A DNA stretch of 64,000 nucleotides from Dehalococcoidia bacterium (lineage in GTDB: Bacteria; Chloroflexota; Dehalococcoidia; SM23-28-2). Below are positions 56,749-64,000 of the stretch, piece after piece. Under the pieces are notes generated by a model. That model did not search any database, was not told the origin of the DNA, and saw only the letters and a list, made by a program, of their open reading frames with translations. Position numbers and translations under genes: made by a program. The DNA lies in assembly GCA_034429995.1 (NCBI GenBank), contig DAOUEZ010000012.1:15464-79463 (forward strand), read 5' to 3'. Within the stretch, counting starts at the first letter, position 1, and each line of letters starts with the position of its first letter.

Positions 56749-57200
56749 TCGAGGGCGTGGAGATCAAGCAGCTTACCAAGCATGCGGACGAGCGGGGCTA
56801 CCTGATGGAGCTTGTGCGCTGCGATGATGCCATCTTCCGCAAGTTCGGTCAGGCCTACGTGGCCTTGAACTATCCGGGCGTGGTGCGGGGCTGGCACTAC
56901 CACAAGAAGCAGGACGACCACTTTGCGGTGGTGAAGGGCATGGGGAAGGCGGTCCTCTACGACGCTCGCGAGGGCTCCCCCACGCAGGGCCAGGTGGACG
57001 AATTCTTCCTAGGGGAGCAGAACAACATCCTGCTGAAGATTCCAGTAGGCGTCATGCACGGCTACAAGACGGTAGGTACTGAGCCCTCCCTCCTTATCAA
57101 CTTCCCCAGCGAGCCCTACAACCCAGAGCAGCCGGACGAATATCGTCTTCCCTGGGATACCGACCAGATCCCCTACGACTGGGACATCAAGATGGGCTGA
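56745..57200 (+). CDS. rfbC: dTDP-4-dehydrorhamnose 3,5-epimerase (RmlC cupin)
   Basis: HADERGYLMEL...RGWHYHKKQDDHFAVVKG cupin motifs; ATGA overlap with rfbB. Confidence 0.8.
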   Translation: MIEGVEIKQLTKHADERGYLMELVRCDDAIFRKFGQAYVALNYPGVVRGWHYHKKQDDHFAVVKGMGKAVLYDAREGSPTQGQVDEFFLGEQNNILLKIPVGVMHGYKTVGTEPSLLINFPSEPYNPEQPDEYRLPWDTDQIPYDWDIKMG

Positions 57201-57212
57201 GGGGGTGGTGGT

Positions 57213-58064
57213 GTGCGCATCCTCATCACCGGCGGTCGTGGCCAGCTAGGCCGCGAGCTTCAGCAGGCGCTATCTGCAGAGACGGTGCTGGCCCTCGGCC
57301 GCCAGGAGCTAGACGTCACCGATGTGGCGGCGGTCGGCCGGGCCGTCGGCCAGTTTCGGCCGCAGGTGGTCATTCATGCCGCCGCCTACACCGATACGGC
57401 AGGCTGCGAGGCGCAGCCCGATCTGGCCATGGGGGTGAACGGCGAGGGCAGCCGTCAGGTAGCCCTGGCCTGCCGCGAGAGCGACGCCGCCATGCTGTAC
57501 GTGAGCACCAACGAGGTCTTCGATGGCCAGAAGAGCGAGCCTTACCTGGAATCGGACGAGCCCAAGCCCATCAACGCCTACGGCCGCTCCAAGCTGGCGG
57601 GTGAGCGATACGTCCAGTCCATCCTCCAGCGCTTCTACATTGTGCGCACCGCCTGGCTGTACGCCGCCGGAGGCAACAACTTTCCGACCAAGGTCCTGCG
57701 AGTCGCCGCCAACGAAGGCGAGCTGCGCTTCGTGACCGACGAGGTCGCCACCCCCACCTGGGCCCGCGATCTGGCTCAGGCCATTGTCGGGCTCATCGGA
57801 CAGGCGGCGTATGGCATCTATCACCTGACCAATAGCGGCTGCTGCTCCCGCTACCAGTGGGCCCAGCGGGTCCTGGAGCTGGCCGGTCGCGGCGATGTCG
57901 CACTGCGTTCGGTCATCCAGGCCGATTACGGCGGGCCCTACCGCAAGCCGCCCTATTCCGAGCTGGCCAACCGGGCGGCGGCCGCCCTGGGCATTGTCCT
58001 GCGGCCCTGGCAGGAGGCGCTCCAGGAATACCTTCTCACCGCCCCGGCCAGGGCCGGTCGCTAG
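57213..58064 (+). CDS. rfbD: dTDP-4-dehydrorhamnose reductase
   Basis: MRILITGGRGQLG, YGRSKLAGE (YxxxK). Confidence 0.85.
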   Translation: MRILITGGRGQLGRELQQALSAETVLALGRQELDVTDVAAVGRAVGQFRPQVVIHAAAYTDTAGCEAQPDLAMGVNGEGSRQVALACRESDAAMLYVSTNEVFDGQKSEPYLESDEPKPINAYGRSKLAGERYVQSILQRFYIVRTAWLYAAGGNNFPTKVLRVAANEGELRFVTDEVATPTWARDLAQAIVGLIGQAAYGIYHLTNSGCCSRYQWAQRVLELAGRGDVALRSVIQADYGGPYRKPPYSELANRAAAALGIVLRPWQEALQEYLLTAPARAGR

Positions 58065-58074
58065 GGGGCCGCCC

Positions 58075-59001
58075 ATGGCCGTCCAAGACAAGGGATTTCC
58101 CCCCGTAGCCATCCTCACCATCAACTACAACAGCAGGCCCTACATCCGCGATTTCCTGGCCTCGTTGCAGGCAGTCACCTATCCCAACTACCGGCTGGTG
58201 GTGGTGGACAACGCCTCTGACGACGGCTCGCTCGGGGAGATATCGCGGCTGTTCCCCCAGGCGGTGCGGATGCGCAACGGGGAGAACCTGGGGGTCAGCG
58301 GCGGCCACAACGTGGGCATCCGCTACTGCCTGAAGGAGGGCTTCGACTACATCCTCTTCCTGAACAATGATACGGTGGTGAGCGAGGACTTCCTGGACTG
58401 TCTGCTGGAGAGTGCTGACGCTCGGACGATGGTCGCCCCCAAGACCTATCTCTACGGCCAGCCAGGATTGCTCGACGATACGGTAGGCGACTTCGACTGG
58501 TGGCGCGGTGTCTGGCGGGGCTGGCTCTACGGCAAGCCGGAGCCCGCCGGGTTCGAGCGGCCGCGGGCGGTGAGCATGGCCAGCCTGTGTTGCCTGCTGG
58601 TGCCCGCCGCCGTCTTCGGCGACGTCGGCCTCATGGACGAGCGCTTCTTCATGTACTACGAGGATTTCGACTTCGTTGCGCGGGCCAGGGCGGCAGGCTA
58701 TCGCCTGCGCCTCAATCCGGCGGCGGTCATCCACCACCGTAAGGCAGCCTCGAGCGGCGGTGTGGAATCGCCGTTCAAGGTCTACTACGCCAGCCGCAAT
58801 CGACTCTACCTCATGAGGAAGCACTCGTCCCGTCCGCGCTTTGCGCTATTCCTGGCCTACTTCCTGGCGACTCGTGTTGGCTACTTCGTGTCGTATCTCG
58901 CCAGGGGTCAGGGGCGGCAACTGAGGGCCATGCTCATGGGCATCGCCGATTTCTTCCGCGGCCGCCTGGGGCGCACGCGCGAGTTGGCCGATTTTCGTTA
59001 G
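58075..59001 (+). CDS. Glycosyltransferase family 2
   Basis: VAILTINYNSRPY...VVVVDNASDDGS DxD-type GT-A motifs; start trimmed to ATG 58075. Confidence 0.75.
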   Translation: MAVQDKGFPPVAILTINYNSRPYIRDFLASLQAVTYPNYRLVVVDNASDDGSLGEISRLFPQAVRMRNGENLGVSGGHNVGIRYCLKEGFDYILFLNNDTVVSEDFLDCLLESADARTMVAPKTYLYGQPGLLDDTVGDFDWWRGVWRGWLYGKPEPAGFERPRAVSMASLCCLLVPAAVFGDVGLMDERFFMYYEDFDFVARARAAGYRLRLNPAAVIHHRKAASSGGVESPFKVYYASRNRLYLMRKHSSRPRFALFLAYFLATRVGYFVSYLARGQGRQLRAMLMGIADFFRGRLGRTRELADFR

Positions 59002-59015
59002 GGGGGCATTCCAGC

Positions 59016-60149
59016 GTGCGTATCGCCATCGATGCCACCTCGGTTCCCCGCCAAAGAGCGGGTGCCGGCACCTACATCTACAACCTGGTGCAGGCCCTGG
59101 CCCAGGTGGATAGAGATAACACCTACTTTGTCTTCACCAAACGCGAGACCTTCGATCGCCGCAGCCTGCAAAGGGATGGCTTCCGATTGGTGTCCGTGCG
59201 CCTCGCCTCGCGGCTGGCCCGAATGTTCTGGGAGCAGGCGGTGCTGCCCTTGCATCTTCGCCGCCTGGGCGTGGACGTCCTCCATTCGCCTCACTACACG
59301 ACGGCGCTGGCGCCTGGCGGCTGGCGGCGGGTGGTCACCTTCCACGATGTTACCTTTTTCCTTTTGCCCCGCCGCTATCCCGTCCTGCGGCGGCTTTACT
59401 TTCAGGGGGCGAGCCGTGCTGGCGCCCGCCTGGCCGATTGCGCCATCGCTGTCTCCGAGACGGTAAGGGGCGATGTCATACGCCACCTGGGCCTGCCAGC
59501 GGAAAGGGTACGGGTGGTACCTCTGGCGCCGGGGCCTGGCTTTCACCCGCTGGACGATTCGGCTAGGATGGAGGCGGTTGGCGACAGGTACGGGCTGCCG
59601 CCCAGGTTCATCCTCAACGTGGGCACTCTGGAGCCGGGCAAGAATCAGGCGACGCTGGTGCGCGCTTTCCACAGGCTCAAGGGGCAGGGCCTGGAGCAGG
59701 GGCTGGTCATCGCTGGGCAGAAGGGCTGGATGTATGAGAAGCTGTTTCGGCTGGTGGATGACCTCGGCCTGAGGGAGGACGTGCGCTTCGTCGGCTACCT
59801 GCCCGACGACGATCTGGCGGCGGTCTACAGTATGGCCGACCTGTTCGTCTTTCCATCGCTGTACGAGGGCTTCGGTCTGCCGCCCCTGGAGGCAATGGCC
59901 TGCGGCCTGCCGGTGGTGGCCTCCAGCGCTCCGGCCCTGGCCGAGGTGTTGGACGGCGCTGCTCTGCTGGTGAACCCTTCGGACGTGGATGCCCTGGCCG
60001 AGGCCACGGCCAGGGCATTGCGGGACAGGCACCTGCGCTCCCGTCTGCGGAGGCAGGGTCTGGAGCGGGCCAGCCAGTTCTCCTGGCAGCGGACGGCGCG
60101 GGGGACGGTGGCCGCCTATGAGGCGGCCGTGAGCTCAACGAGGGACTAG
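59016..60149 (+). CDS. Glycosyltransferase family 4
   Basis: MRIAIDAT...; C-terminal EGFGLPPLEAMACGLPVVAS. Confidence 0.8.
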   Translation: MRIAIDATSVPRQRAGAGTYIYNLVQALAQVDRDNTYFVFTKRETFDRRSLQRDGFRLVSVRLASRLARMFWEQAVLPLHLRRLGVDVLHSPHYTTALAPGGWRRVVTFHDVTFFLLPRRYPVLRRLYFQGASRAGARLADCAIAVSETVRGDVIRHLGLPAERVRVVPLAPGPGFHPLDDSARMEAVGDRYGLPPRFILNVGTLEPGKNQATLVRAFHRLKGQGLEQGLVIAGQKGWMYEKLFRLVDDLGLREDVRFVGYLPDDDLAAVYSMADLFVFPSLYEGFGLPPLEAMACGLPVVASSAPALAEVLDGAALLVNPSDVDALAEATARALRDRHLRSRLRRQGLERASQFSWQRTARGTVAAYEAAVSSTRD

Positions 60150-60152
60150 CGG

Positions 60153-61034
60153 GTGGACCTATCGGTCGTAGTCGTCAGCTTCAACGCCAGGGACTATCTG
60201 CGGCGCTGCCTGGGCTCGCTGTTCGAACACACGGAGGGCAGTGGCTATGAGGTGATCGTGGTGGACAACGCCTCCTGGGACGGCAGCGCCCAGATGGTGG
60301 AGAGCGAGTTCCCTCAGGCCAGCCTTATCCGCTGCTCCGCCAACCTGGGCTTCGCCGTCGCCTGCAATCGAGGCATCGCCCAGGCCAAGGGCGAGTTCAT
60401 CCTGCTCCTGAACCCCGACACGGAGATCGCCGACAACGCCTTCGCCTCTATGGTCACCTACTGCCGCCAGCAGCCGCAGGTGGGTATCCTCGGTCCCAAG
60501 CTCCTCAACAGCGACGGCTCGTTGCAGCTCTCCTGCCGTCGCTTCCCCAGCCATCTGGCCGGCCTGTTCAATCGCCAGTCCGTCCTCACCCGCCTCTTCC
60601 CCCGCAATCGCTTTTCCAGTCGCTACCTGATGTCTGACTGGAACCACAATAGCATCGCCGAGGTAGACTGGCTGTCGGGGGCCTGCATGCTCCTCCGCCG
60701 CCAGATGCTGGCGGACATCGGCGCTCTGGACGAGGGATTCTTCATGTACATCGAGGACGTAGACATCTGCTATCGGGCCCATCAGGGCGGCTATCGAGTG
60801 GCCTATTTCCCCCAGGCGGTGGTGACTCACCACATCGGCAGGAGCAGCGATACCCTGCCTAACAGGAGCATCCTCCAGTGGCACCGCAGCATGTGGCGCT
60901 ACTACCGCAAGCATATGGGCGGCAATCCTCTGGTGGACGGGCTGACCTTGGCGGGCATTGGCGCCCGCTGTGGCTATCAACTGGTGCTTCAGAACGGGCG
61001 ACGCTTGCTGGCGGGTAGGGGGCGATCCTCGTAG
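60153..61034 (+). CDS. Glycosyltransferase family 2
   Basis: LSVVVVSFNARDYL...VIVVDNASWDGS. Confidence 0.75.
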   Translation: MDLSVVVVSFNARDYLRRCLGSLFEHTEGSGYEVIVVDNASWDGSAQMVESEFPQASLIRCSANLGFAVACNRGIAQAKGEFILLLNPDTEIADNAFASMVTYCRQQPQVGILGPKLLNSDGSLQLSCRRFPSHLAGLFNRQSVLTRLFPRNRFSSRYLMSDWNHNSIAEVDWLSGACMLLRRQMLADIGALDEGFFMYIEDVDICYRAHQGGYRVAYFPQAVVTHHIGRSSDTLPNRSILQWHRSMWRYYRKHMGGNPLVDGLTLAGIGARCGYQLVLQNGRRLLAGRGRSS

Positions 61035-62170
61035 GGCATCTCCGGCTCGTCCGGCCCGGGCGGCGAAGGGTGGCGTTGGAGACCAACGGCGGAGGCGAGG
61101 GCACTCCGTAGGGATGCCACCGAGGCGCTGTTCCACAAGGAGCGGGCGTAGCCCAATCGAAAGAGGACGGCAGTGATAGCAGCGCCGAAGGCAAAGAAGG
61201 CCAGGAACTCGGCTGCGGTTGCTTCCAGGTAGTGGATGGTGAGCGCTGCCCCCGAGAAAAGGATGCAGAGGGCGTAAAGGGAGAGGACGACCGCCCTGTC
61301 GCTCAGACCCCTTTGCTCCAGCCGATGCTGGATGTGATCGAGGTCAGCAACGAAGGGGTGTCTCAAGTCCGCGGCTCGCCTCACAAAAGCGAGCAGTGTG
61401 TCCAGGATAGGGAAGCCCAGGGCGACAATGGGCACGCTGATGAACATGCTGCCGGTGACACCGATGGAGCCCTCGATGGCCAGGGCCGCCAGCAGGAAGC
61501 CCAGCAACAACGCCCCTGAATCTCCCAGCAGGCGCGAGGCCACCGGCAGGTTGAGGGGGAGGAAGCCGGCACAGGCTCCCGCTACGGCCACCAGCTGAGC
61601 GGCCACCAGGGGGTTGTCCACATCGGCGGCGATGAAGGCCAAGGGAACGGCCACGATGATCGCTACGCCCGCCGCTATCCCGTCTTTGCCATCGATGAGG
61701 TTCATGGCGTTGGTCAGGAACACCAGCCAGAGGATGGTCAGCACGGGGGCCGCCCATCCCAGGGAAAAGGTGGCGCCCCAGGGCAGGGACACATCCTCGA
61801 TGCGGTAGCCGATCACGAACACCAGCGCCGCCGCCGCCGTCTGCACCAGGAACTTGATCTTGAAGTTCACCTCCAGCAAGTCGTCCACGAGGCCCAGGAG
61901 GAGGATCATCAGGGCGGCGCCCAACAGGCCGGCCGTCTCCCCTTTCTGGTCGGCCAGTAGGTCGGAGAGGTCGGACGAGACCAGGGAGGCGAGAAGAAGG
62001 GCAAGGACGAAGGCGGTGAAGATGGCCAGGCCCCCGACCCGCCGCCTGCCCAGGCGGGCCTCGGCCGGCCGTGCCAGGCGGTTGAGGGGAAGAAGGGCTG
62101 TCAGGCCCCAGGCCCCTGCCGCGGCTAGCACGAAGACAAGGAGGTAAATGTCAAGGCCAAGCTCGGACAT
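60989..62170 (-). CDS. wecA: Polyprenyl-phosphate N-acetylhexosamine-1-phosphate transferase (WecA/TagO/MraY family, GT4 membrane family)
   Basis: 10-11 TM helices; NAMNLIDGKDGIA and VDD motifs. Confidence 0.75.
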   Translation of the reverse strand: MSELGLDIYLLVFVLAAAGAWGLTALLPLNRLARPAEARLGRRRVGGLAIFTAFVLALLLASLVSSDLSDLLADQKGETAGLLGAALMILLLGLVDDLLEVNFKIKFLVQTAAAALVFVIGYRIEDVSLPWGATFSLGWAAPVLTILWLVFLTNAMNLIDGKDGIAAGVAIIVAVPLAFIAADVDNPLVAAQLVAVAGACAGFLPLNLPVASRLLGDSGALLLGFLLAALAIEGSIGVTGSMFISVPIVALGFPILDTLLAFVRRAADLRHPFVADLDHIQHRLEQRGLSDRAVVLSLYALCILFSGAALTIHYLEATAAEFLAFFAFGAAITAVLFRLGYARSLWNSASVASLRSALASAVGLQRHPSPPGPDEPEMPYEDRPLPASKRRPF

Positions 62171-62229
62171 AGTAACAGCCTACTCTAGCAGGTTGGCAAT
62201 CATTACGCTATATCTCGCCGATGCGATGG

Positions 62230-62967
62230 TCAGGAAACGATGACCAGACCCGAGGCCAAGAAGTAGGCGCCCAGCCCCAGGAGAAAGAGACCGCAGAAGA
62301 CAATGATGGCCCGATAGACAAGCCCGCTCATCATCCGTCTGCCGCTGGCCAGAACGAAGGCCAGCAGAGTGAGCCAGAGTATGTCCGATAGGATGTGACC
62401 GACGTAGAAGGAGGCCACCCCGGCAGCACCTTGCTCCAGGGATCGGCTGATGAAAGCAGAGCCTACGCTAGCCCACCAGGCCACCCAGGCCGGGTTGAAG
62501 ACGCTCACCAGGATGGCGGCAGACATCAGCGCCGCCGCCATTCTCGGTGGAGATTCGCTGGCTGTCTCTCCGCCGGTTAGGGAGCGCAGCCAGCGCCTTC
62601 GCCAGGAGTTGTTGTAGGCAGCGGCGCCGGGGTTGTTCGGTAGCGGCGGACGGACGGCAGCGGCTGGCTGTTCGGGCGGCCTGGTCAGGATGTGTACCCC
62701 CATCCAGAGCAGGAAGAGCCCTCCGGCAATGCCCACGCCAGCCTTCACCGGATCCTCGACCAAGAAGCGACTGAGGCCCAGGGCCAGGCCAACGACGAGG
62801 GCCAACTCGATCAGGCTGTGACCGGCGGCCAGTAGCGGCCCGGCCCAGAAGCCGCGCTGCATGCTCTCGCGGACGGCCACGGTGGTGAGGGGGCCGGGTA
62901 TCAAAGCGCCGGTGAAACCCACGCCGAAGGAGGTCACGAAAATGGCTGCTAGGGCTGCTGCAGGCAT
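62230..62967 (-). CDS. LysE/RhtB-family amino-acid exporter
   Basis: N-terminal FGVGFTGALIPGPLT and FNPAWVAWW LysE-type motifs. Confidence 0.6.
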   Translation of the reverse strand: MPAAALAAIFVTSFGVGFTGALIPGPLTTVAVRESMQRGFWAGPLLAAGHSLIELALVVGLALGLSRFLVEDPVKAGVGIAGGLFLLWMGVHILTRPPEQPAAAVRPPLPNNPGAAAYNNSWRRRWLRSLTGGETASESPPRMAAALMSAAILVSVFNPAWVAWWASVGSAFISRSLEQGAAGVASFYVGHILSDILWLTLLAFVLASGRRMMSGLVYRAIIVFCGLFLLGLGAYFLASGLVIVS

Positions 62968-63020
62968 CTTTTTTAGTGTTGCATTGTTCTCAAAGGTTCG
63001 TCAACGTGGGGCAAAAAACG

Positions 63021-63049
63021 CTTGACGGCCAGCATATTAGGAGGTAGAA
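63021..63049 (+). promoter_or_regulatory. Sigma70-type promoter TTGACG-17-TAGAAT upstream of substrate-binding protein gene
   Basis: Direct reading; followed about 95 nt later by AAGGAGG RBS and ATG 63146. Confidence 0.4.
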
Positions 63050-63145
63050 TCCGCGCGATAAGTGACCATTTTGTCCGTGCTCTTGTGCATGGGCTAGGGG
63101 ATTAGTGGCGGGTCAGCGGGGGGCCCGCGATCAAAGGAGGCATAC

Positions 63146-64000
63146 ATGCGTATGTTTCGAGTAGCGCGATACTGGCTGCTCGGGTTAGTGATACTTCTTG
63201 CGGCCATGTCCCTGGCTCTTCTTCCCGCCTGCGGGGAGGAAGAAGAGGAGGGGACTCCTGCCGCAACGGGAACTCCGGTGGTGACAGGGCCTCTCAAGAT
63301 AGGGATCCTGGTGCCCTATACGGGGCCTCTGTCGGACTTCGGGGAACCATTCGGCAACGCGGCCAAGCTGGCGGTGAAGGAGATCAACGAGGCTGGCGGC
63401 GTGCTGGGTGAGGATGTGGTGCTGCTCACAGGGGACAGCGCCACCGAACCCGTGAAAGCGCAGGAGGAGGCGCGCCGACTCATAGACATTGAGGGCGTGT
63501 CGGCCCTAGTCGGGGCGGCAGCCAGCGGGGTGACCCTGCCGGTAGCGGAATCGGTGGCAGTGCCCAGCGAGATCGTCATGGTCTCGCCGGCGTCCACCTC
63601 GCCCGCCCTCACCGTTGTCGACGATGACGGCTTCCTGTACCGGACCACTATCTCGGACGCGGCTCAGGGAGTCATTCTTGGCAAACTGGTGTACGAGATT
63701 CTGGGCTTCACCAGCGCCTGCACCATGTACGTAAACAATGCCTACGGTCAGGGGCTCTCTGAGCAGTTTACCAAGACCTTCGAGGAGTTGGGCGGCACGG
63801 TGACGGCGCAGGTGTCCCACGCCACGGAGGAGCAGGTCTCCTACCTGTCGGAGCTAAACCAGTGCGTCGAGGGCGGCCCAGAAGTGCTCGCGGCCATCAG
63901 CTACCCGGAGCACGGCGGTGTCTACCTGAAGGAGGCCCTGGAAGGGGATCTGATCGACCAGTTCGTCTTCTGTGACGGCACCAAGTCGGACAAGCAATTC
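63146..64000 (+). CDS. ABC transporter periplasmic substrate-binding lipoprotein (LivK/branched-chain amino acid-binding family), 3'-truncated by window edge
   Basis: Lipobox LLPACG; LKIGILVPYTGPL..., type I periplasmic binding fold motifs; ORF open to window end. Confidence 0.7.
   Translation, partial: MRMFRVARYWLLGLVILLAAMSLALLPACGEEEEEGTPAATGTPVVTGPLKIGILVPYTGPLSDFGEPFGNAAKLAVKEINEAGGVLGEDVVLLTGDSATEPVKAQEEARRLIDIEGVSALVGAAASGVTLPVAESVAVPSEIVMVSPASTSPALTVVDDDGFLYRTTISDAAQGVILGKLVYEILGFTSACTMYVNNAYGQGLSEQFTKTFEELGGTVTAQVSHATEEQVSYLSELNQCVEGGPEVLAAISYPEHGGVYLKEALEGDLIDQFVFCDGTKSDKQF

Overview
High-GC (about 63-65%) bacterial chromosomal window. The repeated REP-like palindromes that translate as ...LSLSKGE... 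/ PEPVEGP... suggest a Chloroflexota-like genome; this is an inference from the sequence only.

Contents, 5' to 3':
- An Hdr-Mvh hydrogenase module: partial hdrB-like gene, hdrA, mvhD, NiFe hydrogenase small and large subunits, and a maturation protease.
- A class I methyltransferase, an MFS transporter, pyrE and lepB.
- An ECF sigma / zinc-finger anti-sigma pair and a SIMPL lipoprotein.
- A dcd-ribD-ribE-ribBA-ribH riboflavin operon.
- A small EF-Tu-domain-2-like protein, an HTH regulator and a HAD hydrolase.
- A low-GC RusA-like resolvase gene, then dnaN.
- A roughly 6.3 kb block between dnaN and recF. It holds a low-GC TcmP + DUF5131 (phage Gp37/Gp68, three-Cys motif) gene pair, an OmpR-type response regulator, a sortase-anchored (LPATG) VWA surface protein with a (TP)n linker, and a GAF histidine kinase.
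- recF, a DagK/YegS-type lipid kinase and an RCK-gated K+ channel.
- A three-gene operon: AIR-synthase-related (HypE-like, no PRIC tail) protein, ChlI-like AAA+ ATPase and ChlD-like VWA protein.
- REP-like repeats, then a pentapeptide-repeat-TIR fusion protein.
- DedA, a TolB-like PD40 lipoprotein, a Thr/Pro-repeat SLT-like secreted protein and tRNA-Arg(TCT).
- An acyl-CoA synthetase.
- A DtxR-family repressor with a sigma70-like promoter and an iron-box-like operator.
- feoA, feoA, a split feoB and feoC.
- tRNA-His, a lipoprotein and mgtE.
- A 41-bp tandem duplication of the tRNA-Arg(TCG) 5' end.
- A 13 kb glycan cluster: GT4, two methyltransferases, a Wzm/Wzt ABC exporter, rmlA-like/rfbBCD, GT2, GT4, GT2 and wecA-like.
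- A LysE exporter and the start of a LivK-like substrate-binding protein.

No rRNA, CRISPR array, integrase or transposase was seen. The most unusual candidates are the TcmP/DUF5131 pair, the pentapeptide-TIR protein, the AIRS/ChlI/ChlD-like operon and the RusA-like gene.
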